A DNA stretch of 64,000 nt from Lama glama (taxonomy: Eukaryota). The position numbers and the translations under genes were made by a program. The notes beneath the pieces were generated by a model. The model worked only from the letters and a program-made list of their open reading frames with translations. It was not told where the DNA came from and did no database searches. Below are positions 1 through 11,931 of the stretch, piece by piece (the first letter of the stretch is position 1; every line of letters begins with the position of its first letter). Where the stretch lies: assembly GCA_028534125.1 (NCBI GenBank), contig CM052817.1, forward strand, positions 96,102,001-96,166,000, read 5' to 3'.

Positions 1-116
1 TTTAAGAGATCTCCCTTTTTAGATTAATCATCCTTATTCAAAATTAATCTTTTTAAAGATAGACAAACATGCACTAATTCTTAGAAAGGACTGGAACTTA
101 AAAAAAACGAGCATAA

Positions 117-255
117 GGAGAGGGTATAGCTCAGTAGTAGAGCACATGCTTAACATGCACAAAGTCCTGGGTTCAGTCCTACTATCTCCTAAAATAAACA
201 GATAAACCTAATTACCCCCCCATACAAAAACAAAAAGCAAACAAAATAAATAAAA
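117..255 (+). mobile_element. tRNA-Ala-derived SINE (Vic-1-like, camelid)
   Basis: GGAGAGGGTATAGCTCAGTAGTAGAGCACATGCTTAACATGCAC..CCTGGGTTC head resembles tRNA-Ala(AGC); AAACCTAATTACCCCCC body; A-rich tail; GAGCATAA repeated at 109-116 and 260-267 (TSD core). Confidence 0.85.
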
Positions 256-1338
256 ACTTGAGCATAAAGACAATTACGGAAATATATAAAGTGCACATGA
301 CGATGCACTTGCTATGTTTTTTTGGATTGAAAAATATCAGAAACAGAGAAAGAGACAGAAACTGCAAGAACTCTCAGACCACTCAAGACAGTTCAGGATG
401 CCCAGCCAATAAGATTTCTCTTATTTTGCCTCTGGGACAACCATGTACACTAAATCCACGAGAAATCGCTGGCTGCATCCTGATACTTATCAGAAAACAC
501 ATGCTCTGTAAAAGGGAAATTCAGTTCTTGCTATAAAAACAAACAAACAAACCCCCCACCCCCTCTCTTCTCCCTCCTGCTTGCTTTGGGGATTCAGAAC
601 ACAGAGCTTAGGAAGCCAGGGGCACAGCGACTTCCTTTTGAGAAGGAGGAGAGGCTGAAAGAGGCAGATGCTGATCAGAGTCTATGAGCTTTGCATATTC
701 ATACCCCTCAGTTGCTCAGCATTAGAAAATTCCGATAATGAGCCTGTGAAAGCTCCAGCAGCCTCTGCATAGCTTGGGGGTTTGTTCTCTGCTCTCTGGG
801 TAGAACTGCTTCTTATCAAACCAGGAGGCTCTCCCCTCTACACTGAATCAGCACACTTGTACATTGGAGTTTTCGACATCACCCACAAGATTTTTAAGGG
901 CTTGTCAAAAGAATCTTCATAGTCTCTAACCATGAATAAAAATGATTTCAGATATCATCTCTATTGCACATTTTATTTCATGGGATTAATTTAATTGATT
1001 GAGCTGAGTAGTTAAGGGTTGTTAAGTGGTTGCTAGTAATAAGGAGACATCGTTAAATTTTTAGGAAAATATTTCAGGTACATACTGATGTGCTGGTTGT
1101 ATTTAAATGATTGAAACTCTTTAATGGTAATACAGTTACATCTTGATTAAACAATCTTCTTAGGCAAAAAAAAAAAACCAACTCCTTTATAATAAAATCA
1201 GTCTTATAAAGAAAAAAATCGGCAGCTCTCACGTGAAGTTACTCTGCTTGGGAATTACTTGCACATTACAAATGTCATATGATTGTCTCGACCCACGTCT
1301 CCTATTTGGCTAAATATAGTCAAAAGTTAGTTAACACT

Positions 1339-1465
1339 GGGAAGGGTATGCTTAGCATGCATGAGGTCATGGGTTCGAGCCCAGTACTTCTGTTAGATTA
1401 AAAAATAATAAATAAATAAACCTAATGACCTCCCCCTACCCAAACAAACAAACAAACAAACCAAA
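1339..1465 (+). mobile_element. tRNA-Ala-derived SINE with an internal deletion in the head
   Basis: GGGAAGGGTATGCTTAGCATGCATGAGGTCATGGGTTCG, then AATAAACCTAATGACCTCCCCC and a (CAAA)n tail. Confidence 0.8.
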
Positions 1466-1772
1466 ATTTAATAATATTAGCCCTGGGAAAAATTACTATT
1501 TTCTAGTTTCTCTTGGATACAACATCTTAGCTAGGCATTTGATGGCCAAGTTATTATTTTAAAATTTGTGAAAGATTCAAAGGCTAGAGTTTATGAACTA
1601 AACTCCAGGAAATTTTTTGGAGAAAATTACTGTTTCTTCTCTTTATTAAGAATTACAACAAAGGACCAGAAATCTCCACTTTTTCCCACTGTTAGGTAGA
1701 CAATGAGGCTTACCTACTTCTTTCTTAAGTGTGATTCATTCTAGAATATTGGAGGATATTCTAGAATAGAAT

Positions 1773-2210
1773 TTTTTGATTGAGTTGTCTGGCTTTTTGA
1801 TATTAAAATGTATGAGCTGTTTGCATATTTTGGAAATTAATCCCTTGTCAGTCACATCATTTGCAAATATTTTCTCCCATTCTGCAGGTTGTCTCTTCAT
1901 TTTGTTGATGGTATCCTTAGCTGTGCAAAAGCCCTTATGTTTAATTGGAACCCATTTGTTTATTTTTGCTTTTATTTCCATTACTCTAGGAGCTGGTTTA
2001 AAAAATATATTGCTGCAATTTATGTCCAAGAGTGTTCTGCCTGTGTTTTCCTCTAGGAGTTTTATAGTATCTGGTCTTATATTTAGGTCTTTAACCCATT
2101 TTGAGTTCATTTTTGTATATGGTGTTAGAGAATGTTCTAATTTCCGTGTTTTACAAGTAGCTGTCCAGTTTTCCCAGCACCACTTATTGAAGAGACTGTC
2201 TTCTCCATTT
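1773..2210 (-). mobile_element. LINE-1 fragment, ORF2 C-terminal region
   Basis: Minus-strand translation [54 protein letters not shown] is typical of L1 ORF2p. Confidence 0.92.
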
Positions 2211-2224
2211 TATACAAGGTACTT

Positions 2225-3085
2225 GACATTTTAATTGAACATATTGAAAACTGAGTTTCTGAAATCCCCTCCAAAGTCACCTTCTTTTGCAGCCGTTACC
2301 ACCTCAGCTTGTGGCAAGTCCCTCCCAGCTTGCTCAAGCCAGTCACCTTGGTGTCATCCTTGTCTCCTTTATTTCCCTAACGATCCACATAGGTCCATCT
2401 GCAAAACCTGGTAGCTCCACCTTTAAAATAAATTCTGACTAAGACCACTTTTTACCACCTACTTTACCATCTCTCTGGCCCAAACCGCTCATCTCTCATC
2501 TGGATTATTAAAAAACGTTGTTCTCTTCTGCTCTTATCTCTGCAGGTTATTCTCAGCACAGCGGCCAAGAGCTATCTTGAAAAACTTAAGGCAAGTAATA
2601 TCATTTAGCTGCTCAAAACTTTCACATGGCTTCCATCACTTAGCCTGAAGAACCACTTGCTCACTATTACCTACGAAGCCCTACAGAAGCTGTCCCCTCC
2701 ACCTCGCCCACCTGCATCCTCTACTCTTTGCAGCAGCCAGACCAGCTTCCTCACTGGTCCCAGCACATGCAATTTATGCTCTCAAGGTCTTTGCCTTCTC
2801 TTTGAGGCATTCCCTGGCCACCTGATTTAAAATTTCTATTTCCTCAACTCCTGATATTTTGTATCTCTTTTCATTCATTTATCTTTTGTTTTTAGCATGT
2901 AACATTATCTTGCATGCTAAATTTTTTACTTATTTGTCTTGTTTATTCAGTGTCCTCTTCTAGAAGATCCATAGGGACAGAAGATTTTGTTTTGTTTTGT
3001 TTTGTTATTATATTATATCTCTGGCACCTAGAACAATGTCTGGCACATAGTAGATGCTCAATATGTATTTGCTGGATTTTGACTA
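2225..3085 (+). mobile_element. LINE-2 3' region (degenerate)
   Basis: Ends in the L2 terminus motif CCTAGAACAATGTCTGGCACATAGTAGATGCTCAATATGTATTTGCTGG; CT-rich L2-like body. Confidence 0.7.
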
Positions 3086-3351
3086 AATAATTCTTTGAAA
3101 TGTTGACCCTGATAGCTCCTGTCATAGTTGGTATGTATTACTGGGGAAAGTTTCATTAAAATAAGGGAATAAAGGCATTTCCTGTATTTGCAGCATTTTG
3201 ATGATTCATGTCAATCGACAGATATTTATTGAGTGTATGGAGTGGGAATATCAAATGATAATATCAGAAAGTGATGAGAAAAGAATGAGCCTATAGGTGA
3301 ATGGAGATGTGGGATCAAGACATTTTTAAAAAAATATTTAGAACAAAAAAT

Positions 3352-3472
3352 GTTTTTTAATGGGGGAAGCTAATTTTAGGTTTATTTATTTGTTAATTTT
3401 TTTTTAAACAGAGGCAGTAGGGATTGAACCCAGGACCTTGCACATGCTAGGCATGCACTCTACCGCTGAGCT
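3352..3472 (-). mobile_element. tRNA-Ala-derived SINE
   Basis: Reverse complement of the SINE head: GGGATTGAACCCAGGACCTTGCACATGCTAGGCATGCACTCTACCGCTGAGCT. Confidence 0.85.
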
Positions 3473-4277
3473 TACTTAAGAGATTTTTTAAAAATTTAAC
3501 TTGGATAATATTACTGCATGTTTATATGCTGATGGAATAATGCAGTAAAGAGGGAAAAAATCAGTGATGCAGGGGAAGAGACCACTAGAAGAGAGTAAGA
3601 TCCTTGAATGAAAGAAGCAATGGAAATGGAATTGGGGATTGGCCTTAAATAGAATAAATAAATATAAACTAATATTTTTGTTTGGTTTCCTCACAACAAG
3701 AGTGGAAGCAAAATCGGGGGACACCGGTACAGCTGATTTCGTATACCTGGTTGTAGAAGCAAAGAGGAAAATACCTTCTGACTGTTTCTATTTTCTCAGT
3801 GAAATAGAATCAAGGTCATTAACTGAGAGCTGAGGAAGGGCAGGGGAAGGAGAGAGGATAGAGTGAGAAGCAGCGATCTGGGAGGACTAAGAGCGATTGG
3901 ACTGGGGAAGTGAGGTGAGGTCACAGAGCAGTACTAAGTGTGCACTCAGAGAGCAGTGATGAATTTGCAGCGAGACCAGCAGTGGAGGGGAGGGGTTGGA
4001 TTTAACCAAGTGGGCATATTCCACAGAACCACTACTTGAAGAAAGAAAAGCAAGAGATTTGAACGTATGCCTAAGCGATAATTTTAATGAAGGATAATTG
4101 AGTCTAAACTATGTCATAAGGGAAGTAAAGACATGAGGGGGTAAGACTGAGTGACAAGGTGGCTGAAACAATGGATCTGGAGGTGCTGGTGAGGTTGGGG
4201 AATCAATCACTGGTGTCAGGATATTAGAGGGAGAGAAATGCGGTTGGAGTGAAAAGTGCTTGAAAATGAGAAAGGTT

Positions 4278-4379
4278 GGGGGAGGGTATAGTTCAGTAGT
4301 AGAGTGCGTGCTTAACATGCATGAGGTCCTGGGTTCAATCCCCAGCACCTCCATTAAAAGAAAGAAAGAAAGCAAGAAG
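4278..4379 (+). mobile_element. tRNA-Ala-derived SINE, short-tail form
   Basis: Full tRNA-like head GGGGGAGGGTATAGTTCAGTAGTAGAG..GGGTTCAATCCCCAGCACCTCCA, (GAAA)n tail; TSD GAAAATGAGAAAG at 4262-4274 and 4380-4392. Confidence 0.9.
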
Positions 4380-4894
4380 GAAAATGAGAAAGATAGGAAA
4401 GGTGGTGATGAAGTCTAGAGGACCTTGAAAGTTGGTAGCTGGGTAGCGCGTGGGACAAGGTCCTTCGAGAGAGGTAGTCACGGGCCTGAGAACTCATGCT
4501 AATGCAATGAGGTGACAGTGAGGTGAGGGCTGAAGGACTGATGGATAGTCACCTGGAGAGCTGTAGGTGACTGCAACTTGGTGGAGAAATTGACAAAAAC
4601 CATGAACTTCCAAGGAGCTGGTAGGGTGAGGGAAGAGGAGAAAGCAAGGCCTGAAAGTGGCAACGAAGGACATGTAGAACAGCTACCACTTCTGGGCCCA
4701 GATGTGGGAAAGTCGCTGCCTGGGGGGACTTTGGAGGAAGTAGTGTCCTCAGGGGAGAGCTGGGTTCGAGTTGAAGCAAATTGAGATCGAGGCTATAGGA
4801 GATTTTGTTGATTACAGATTCAAATGCTGGAGGTGACAACAAAAGTGAGTATGACAGCAGGAGAAGGAAGACTGGGTCAGATTATTACGGGACT

Positions 4895-4984
4895 GTCTTC
4901 AGGCACACCACCCTGAACGTGCCCGATCTTGTCTGATCTACGAAGCTAAGCAGGGTGGGGCCTGGCTGGTACTCAGATGAGAGA
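4895..4984 (+). pseudogene. 5S rRNA retropseudogene, nt 1-90, 3'-truncated, no poly-A
   Basis: 76/90 identity by hand alignment to mammalian 5S rRNA (..ACCACCCTGAACGTGCCCGATCTTGTCTGATC..GAAGCTAAGCAGGGT..); flanked by TTACGGGACT direct repeats. Confidence 0.92.
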
Positions 4985-6449
4985 GTGTTACGGGACTAAC
5001 AGAGCCTTAGGGAGTGAGTGTTGGAGTGCAGCAGCATGATCTGGGGGTCTTGGCTTCCTTGAGGTTGCTAAAGTGGATAGAGGTGGGGAGTATGATGAGA
5101 TTTCTTCTAGTGGATTCTGGAGCAGACAGAGGGGAGGAGGTTGGGAGGGCACTGAAGAGCGAAGCCAGGGCTCCTGCCCACAACGGGCAGAGCTCTGAGG
5201 GCCCATGGTTCAGTCATTCGGATGGTGGCTTTGCAGCTGCTGCATATGTAGTGGCCCCAGGACCCTAGGGACTTCGATATAGTCAACTTAAGCAGCGGGG
5301 GCCTTTAGCAACGGGCAGAGGGAAGTTCTTGCCGGCCTCCTGTCAGTAAGGGCAAATGAGCTTGCGCCATCTAAAAGGGAAGTGTAGCAAACACTTTCCC
5401 TGGAGTTCACTCTTGGGAGCACCCCCATCCCTCTACATAACCGGAAGGAAGCACCAGATTGATTTCTCTTTAAGAAGATGAGTGTTCCACAGATTACATA
5501 ATCGAGGCAAACTAGTAAATTTTTTAAAAAATTACTGAAGATTCTTGATTTGGTTGGCTTAGAATTTGAGACGAATAATTCTGAGATGGCTTAGTATGAG
5601 TTTTACTGAGAAGGAGATGACTTTTTAATGGAAAACGTCCACTGACTTATAAAGTTGGAACCCATGCTAGGGGCTCCGTGAAGGGGGTCTCCTGACACAA
5701 GAAGAGTATCTATGTCGCTGACTGTCCTCCCGACTGGATAATCCGGTGGTTTTCTATCCACTGCTTCTGAAAAGAAAATGTTAGTGATAAATTAAGGAAT
5801 TTAAGGCTACGAATATCTTCTTTTCAGGGAGAGTGACATTTAGGAGGAGGAGTAAAGGAAAGCACTTGAGGGTAAGGGAAAATAGGTAGGACGTCTCTCT
5901 TTTCCAAATCAGAAGCTGTTTCAGTCTACCTTCCCCCTCGTGAGTCAGAAAAATAAAGTGATACAAAATCCAGTCTATTCTATGCCTTGAGGCATGACTG
6001 TAACTAAACCATTAGGGGATGCAAATTGAATCCTCTCTGACTAAAATTCAGTGTCTTACGCACTGTTAGGGCCACACGCGGCAACCACCCATTCACAAAC
6101 GGGCTTTTCCTTGGAAAGTTCACGGCCAGGCTCGGATCAATATGAAGAAAAGTCTGACTCACAGGATTATTAAAAATGAAGTAATACTTTAATTTTTTCC
6201 CTTAAGTTAACCGACAATACACTGAGAATGATACCAGTTTTGAATTTTTTAAAATGAGACATCGCAGTAACTTGATGGTTGATGACGAGCATGCAGGTGC
6301 GGGGAGTAGACTGCGTGGCTCTTACTTCGTTGTCTGGGAGCCTGGAGTTAACTAGTGTCCGGCCAGTTTGGCCTGCCTCCGCCCAAATGAGAGAATTGAA
6401 GCATTTATTTGCTGTAAGCTCCTGTGACTCCTTACAAAAGCTAATGGGA

Positions 6450-7060
6450 ATAGTACTGTGGTTCCTTAAAAAAACCAAAAATCGGATTACCATATGTCCC
6501 AGCAATTCCATGCTGGATATATATCCAATAGAACTGCGAGCAGGATCTCAAAGACACTTGTAGTACCTACACACTCACGCTCCTGAGAGCATTATTCACA
6601 ATAGCTGGTGGGAGCAACGCAAATGTCCATTCACAGATGAATGGATACACAAAGTGTGGTGTATAAGTTCCAATGGAATATTATCAGCCTTAAAAAGGAA
6701 GGACATTCTCACCCATGCTACAACGTAGATGAATCCTACATTATGCCAAACGAAATAAGCCAACGATACCAAAGAACCAACACCATATGACTCCACTTAC
6801 CTGAGGTTCCTGGAGTAGTCAAATTCATAGAGATAGAATGTAGAAAGGTGGTTGCCAGGGGCCGGAGGGGGAGGGGAGAATGGGAATTATGGTTCAATGA
6901 GTACAGGGTTTCATTTTGGGATAATGAAAAAGTTCTGGAGATGGATAGTGGTAATGAGTGAACAATAATGTGAATGAACTTAATAACCCTGAACTGTACA
7001 CTTAAAACTGGTTAGGGTGATGACTTTTATGTTATGTGTATTTTCCCAAAGTTAAAAAAA
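6450..7060 (+). mobile_element. LINE-1 3' end (old L1MA/L1MB type)
   Basis: TTACCATATGTCCCAGCAATTCC, GATGAATGGATACACAAAGTGTGG, GTTCTGGAGATGGATAGTGGT and an A tail are L1M 3'-end hallmarks. Confidence 0.85.
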
Positions 7061-7065
7061 TACCA

Positions 7066-7470
7066 ACAGATCTCTGGATTTCCCTATTCTGGGGATCCCA
7101 TATAAATAGGATCATACAGTACGTGGTCTTTTGTAACTGGCTGGTTTTACTTCCCATAACGTTTCAAGGTTCATGCGTGTTAGAGTATGTATCCATACTT
7201 CATGCACTTTTATTGCTGAATAATAATATCCCATTGTCCAGACAAACCACATTTTTTCAGGAGATGGAGGGAAGAGGTAATGGAGAATGGCTGTTAATGG
7301 ACACAAGGTTTCTTTGGGGAGTGATGAAATGTTCTAAAATTGGATTGTTGTTAGAGTTGCACAACTCTGTGAATACACTAAAAAACACTGAATTGTATAT
7401 TTTTAAAAGGTGAATTTCATGGTATGTGAATTATATCAAAATGAAGCTGCTATACAAAACTGAAAAAAAA
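7066..7470 (+). mobile_element. 5'-inverted LINE-1 3' end (L1MB-like)
   Basis: 7066-7257 is antisense L1 3' sequence; 7258-7470 is the following sense segment ending in an A tail. Confidence 0.75.
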
Positions 7471-7529
7471 ATGCCATTCGCATCTTAGATGCATTAACCA
7501 AAGATCAGAGTCTGTAACAAATCTGGCGA

Positions 7530-7726
7530 AAAGGGCACACATCTAGAGTCTGAAGGCCTGGTTTCAAGTCGTGACTCTGGCACTTATTTGTGTGATTAAC
7601 TTCTCTGAATTTCACATGTATGATCTATAAAATGTAAATGTTAAAGTAATGCTTACCTTGCAGGGACATGGTGGGCACCAAATAACCAAATAATGGACAT
7701 GAAGGGCTTATTAAAACTGTGAGTTG
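7530..7726 (+). mobile_element. MIR SINE (degenerate)
   Basis: GGCCTGGTTTCAAGTCGTGACTCTGGCACTTA..CTTCTCTGAATTTCA..CTATAAAATG resembles the MIR core. Confidence 0.6.
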
Positions 7727-7950
7727 CAGACACTAACTAATATATATAAGACAGACAAACAATTAAGTTCATACCGTATAGCACAGGGAGCTATATTCAA
7801 TATCTTATAGTAACTTATGGTGAAAAAGAATATGAAAATGAATATATACATATATATATATTCATGTATGACTGAAACATGATGCTGTACACCAGAAATT
7901 GACATATTGTAAACTGACTGTACTTCAATAAAAAAAAAATACAAAAAAAA
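7727..7950 (+). mobile_element. Young artiodactyl/camelid LINE-1 3' UTR end
   Basis: TATAGCACAGGGAGCTATATTCAATATCTT..GCTGTACACCAGAAATTGAC..ACTTCAATAAAAAA; TSD CTGTGAGTTG at 7717-7726 and 7953-7962. Confidence 0.85.
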
Positions 7951-8464
7951 TCCTGTGAGTTGATGTTTTAATATCAACACTAATTGGAATGCAGAGGGTG
8001 TGTGTGTGTGGGGGTGGCAGATAGCTGTCTTTTGTACAAAGGGCTGTTGGATAGAAGAGAATTGGATTTATTCTGAATTGTCTTAAAGGGCAGAGCTGGG
8101 AACAGGTATAATTTATAAGGAAGGTAAATGTTAAGTTGATAATATAAAGACCTTTCCAAAAGAAGGTGCTGAGTACTCATCACTGTAGGTCTTAGAATAG
8201 AGGCAGGATCCATGGCAGACACTTTCAGTCCAAGGTCAAAACACATCTTGGCTTCTTTCAAGTGTGAGGCCTTTTTTTTCTATTTTTTCCCCAAATGTTA
8301 ATATTTCTTAGCTCTAATGTTTTCCCAAGAGTGTGTATCTTCTACATAATGATCAAGTTTTTACAAATGTAACCCCCTTCTTTCTCGCCTCTGTTCTTTT
8401 TTACCTTCATTCTCCATTCTTGCTAACTGCTACCACAATGAAGCCAAATTTGAAGGACTGTAGG

Positions 8465-8631
8465 TGTGGGTCTCAGCCTTAACTGCACATTGTAATCACT
8501 GTGGGAGCTTCACACACTCTTAATGCTTGGCTTTCACTCAGGGATTCTCAAAGGTCTAGGGTGTAGATTGGACAACAGGAATTTTAAAGCTCCCAGGTAA
8601 TTCTAACGTGCAGTCAAAACTGAGGGCGCTG
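8465..8631. mobile_element. MER5-family hAT-Charlie DNA transposon relic
   Basis: CTGCACATTGTAATCAC..AAGCTCCCAGGTAATTCTAACGTGCAG inverted arms; CTGTAG on both flanks. Confidence 0.7.
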
Positions 8632-9493
8632 CTGTAGAGAGGGTGACTGTGTGCCCCCGTGTAACTCAGCCTGGGGGTGAGGGGACGGTGGCGTGGAGAG
8701 ATTCGGGTTTCCTAGCTCTGTCTCTTGAATATCTTGTGTTTTCCATGTCACCAGCTGCCTCTAAGTAGGTAAGGAACAGCTGCTGGTGAATCTGGAACAG
8801 ATGTCAAGCTGGAAATTCATTCCAGCAATTACTATCCCCGCAAAGTCTTTTCTTCCTGTTAAAAAAAAACTCTCCTTTACACTGAGCAGGCGTTAATTGT
8901 GCTTCACTCAGTCACCCTGGGGCCATAAACATCCAAGCCAGCACTAGAGAGGAAGAGCAGGGTTTCCTTACATGGGTGTCTAAGGAAAATGCAAAATTGC
9001 GTGCACATATTGACTTTGATAGAAATTTTCCCTTTTTTCACCCTGCTCGTCCTCTGTGTTCTAAAACATCTCACTAAAGGAGTCCCTACCCATTCTCCTT
9101 GACTTAAAGCTTTTGCAGTTTTGTATCTTACGTCACATCAGGTTTCAGGGAATGGTTTCACCTTTCTTTCTGGTCATTCCTTTCTAATCTTTCTCTTGAT
9201 CCATATAGACCTAGAAAGGAGATGGTCTTTAAGACAGTCATTTCCTTTGCTTCACCTTTAAAGCTGCTCTCCAGAGAAAAAGGGCCACTCAACCAATTCT
9301 CCAATTTCCTCATGGATATTTTATAGTCTACTGTGGGATGTTACTAGGAAAAAATGGGTCAATGAAAGAGTAAGTGACTTTTTCTCCCTCTCTGAGCATC
9401 TTAGGGACATTATAGGTAGACTTCTTGCTTGTCCTACTCAAGAGAAAGACACTTAGAGTGTGTGCTCAGAGGACAAGCCTTACATCTTGATTT

Positions 9494-9611
9494 TGGGTCG
9501 GGGGGGGAGGTAATAGGTTTATTTATTTATTTATTGGAGGCTATGGGAATTGAACCCAGGACCTTGTGCATGCTAGGCACGCACTCTCCCACGGAGCTAT
9601 GCACTCCCCCC
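9494..9611 (-). mobile_element. tRNA-Ala-derived SINE
   Basis: Antisense head GGGAATTGAACCCAGGACCTTGTGCATGCTAGGCACGCACTCT; TSD CATCTTGATTT at 9483-9493 and 9614-9624. Confidence 0.88.
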
Positions 9612-10544
9612 TGCATCTTGATTTAAGAGGTGACTTATCAAATAACCTGTCTTGAAGTAAGATTGAGCTACCCATTCATTCCACAGAGCCAGCAATTCCC
9701 TAGCTAATCACACTGTACATTGAACATGGGAGCGTATTATTATTCTTGTACTTGAACCTACTGAATTGATGAGAAATTTAGTGTTTCTAGGACTGCAGAA
9801 GGTAGGAGAGTAAAAGAATAGGAATGTTCAGTGAGAAACTTACTCCTTTAGGTTTGAGGAATTAACTGACAGCAAAAAAAAAAAAAGGGACACTTTAGGG
9901 AGAAAAACTCAGTTTTAGGTGTTTTAATGTGAGAAACTTCAAGTATGTTGGGTTACTGAACCTGAAACTTCCTATGGCCAGCTGCTCAGAATGTTTATCT
10001 CTTTATGAAAACTCCTTAAAATATTGTTTCAGAAAATTCTGTCTATATTTGCAGAGGTGAATAATATTTCAATATGCTTGTAAAAGCCAAATGCTTGGCC
10101 TATGGCCTCAACTGGGGGTGGGTGTTACCGTACTCCCACCAAAGAAACATATCTATCTTATTTAAAAAAGAAATCTTTCATTTTATGCTCTATGGGAAAG
10201 TTTAAAATAGAGAAATATTATTTTCCTTAGAAAGCCTGATAAATAATTCAGACCAGCTATAAATCTTAATGAAAAAAAAATCTTTTTTCTTTTTCAGTGA
10301 AACTCAGTCCTTGGTCTATAATGGAACATAGATGTTCTCTGACTGTTCCACATCTAATCATAATACTTTCCAGAAATGGCCTTGATTTTCTTCTCTTTCT
10401 CACTTTCAGTATTTGTGCCTCAAGTGAAATTTATTCCAAAGGTAAACATGTGACCCAAGTCTGACTCTTCAGACCATAATAGTGATTGGTTCAGAAAGGG
10501 CACATGATCCAATTAGATCAATTAGAGACAACAACATTAATTTC

Positions 10545-10880
10545 AGTGTCAGCTGGTACATTCTCAAGCAAGTTACCTTTATAGGTAACTGGGGCTTAAT
10601 CTTGCTTTGAAATCCTAGAAGTAAATGTAGCACACATACCTCAGAGTTATCCCACCCTAGGGCCAAAGGAACTGGGTATTATACCCCACCTCCCATCAGT
10701 CATTGATTGAGGGCTACTAGTGGTGGTGGTGCAGGGTCATTAATCCCCTTGCACCTTGGGCTCGGGTGGTCAGAGAAAGCCCTCAGGCAAAGAAACACAT
10801 TTGGAAGTTGGTCTTGTATGTGTGGAAATAGCAAAGGCAAGGGGAATATGGTTGGGGCAATGACCCATATCCATCTACTG
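10545..10880 (-). mobile_element. Old ERVL-type LTR fragment (LTR16/LTR33-like)
   Basis: CCTCAGAGTTATCCCACC..ATACCCCACCTCCCATCAGTCATTGATTGAGGGCT resembles recalled LTR16-group sequence. Confidence 0.45.
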
Positions 10881-11931
10881 CCATAACTAATGATCTTAGT
10901 ACAATATCTTATTCCAATTTATCTAAACACTTAGTAAATGTCAATTACTGATAAAATGTATTCATTCAACAAATATCTAGTGTACCACGTACAATAAGGC
11001 ACATTGATTGTGCCAGTTGCTGGAAATAAAACATGACAGAGAATTTCCCATCCTTCAGGAAGCTGACAGTCTATATAATAGAGCTAAGCAAGTAAGCAAG
11101 AAATTATGTGCTGGCAATAAAGAAAGTATGGGCTCCTGGGAGAATGTGCATTTGAAGAACCTAACCCAGGACGTGTTTTCTAAGCACCTCCCCAGCTTTT
11201 GGCAGCAGAAAGAAGAAATTGATAAGAAGATTTAAAAAAAATAAATAAATAGGTGATGGAGGTGGGAAGGAAGTGGAGATTTTAAAGTACATCCTTTTGT
11301 ATTGTTGCATTTCATAATGTGTGCATGTATGACAGATAAAAAAGTTAACTTTTTAGAATGATAATTATTTTATTTTAAAGGAGTAGATCTAGTAAGCATC
11401 AACATAGTGAATAAAATTACCAGCTGTGGTAGTAATCTAAGTGACTGTGAAGTGTGGCAAAAAAGATCTGGGGATACAGATTCAATTTAGGTGATGTGGT
11501 CACACGTCACATGAAGGCATAGTTGGAATGCAATAGCACCTGGAAACATATTGCCCTCTGGCTGGTCCAAGGAAAAGACATCAGAGGTGTGGCAGCAGGA
11601 AGCTGAGAGGGGAGAGGCGGAAATGACACGTCTGTCATCACGCCTCCACGCGGTCAGGGAAGAGGCTGCACAAACGAGCCATCACAATTGTTGGTCCCTC
11701 CTCGTAGGGCTTTGAGGATGCTCGACAGACAGTTACTGAATTAAATTAATTCTACTTGAAATGAATAAGCTAACCTAACACAACTCAATAACACTAACCA
11801 TTAGGCACATCCCTGGCTCCAATTTTGCTCTCACTATAGAAACTCTTTGATTATAACTGCTAACACTGTGGAACTGGAGTTGGCTCTCTGAGCGAACTTT
11901 CTGGCCTCTTTGATATAGTTACACCTTTCTT

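Larger units (their letters stand above)
3240..5200 (-). mobile_element. Old LINE-2 body fragments hosting later insertions
   Basis: GA-rich degenerate sequence typical of antisense L2, interrupted by two SINEs and the 5S pseudogene; boundaries approximate. Confidence 0.45.

Noticed and set aside
1736..2110. Host protein-coding gene
   Set aside because: The translation is an L1 ORF2p fragment
4278..4353. Functional tRNA-Ala gene
   Set aside because: Has an A-rich tail, a TSD and substitutions including the anticodon region; it is a SINE copy, as are the other five
4895..4984. Functional 5S rRNA gene
   Set aside because: Lacks the last 30 nt and the T-run terminator, has 14 mismatches, and is a single copy with a TSD
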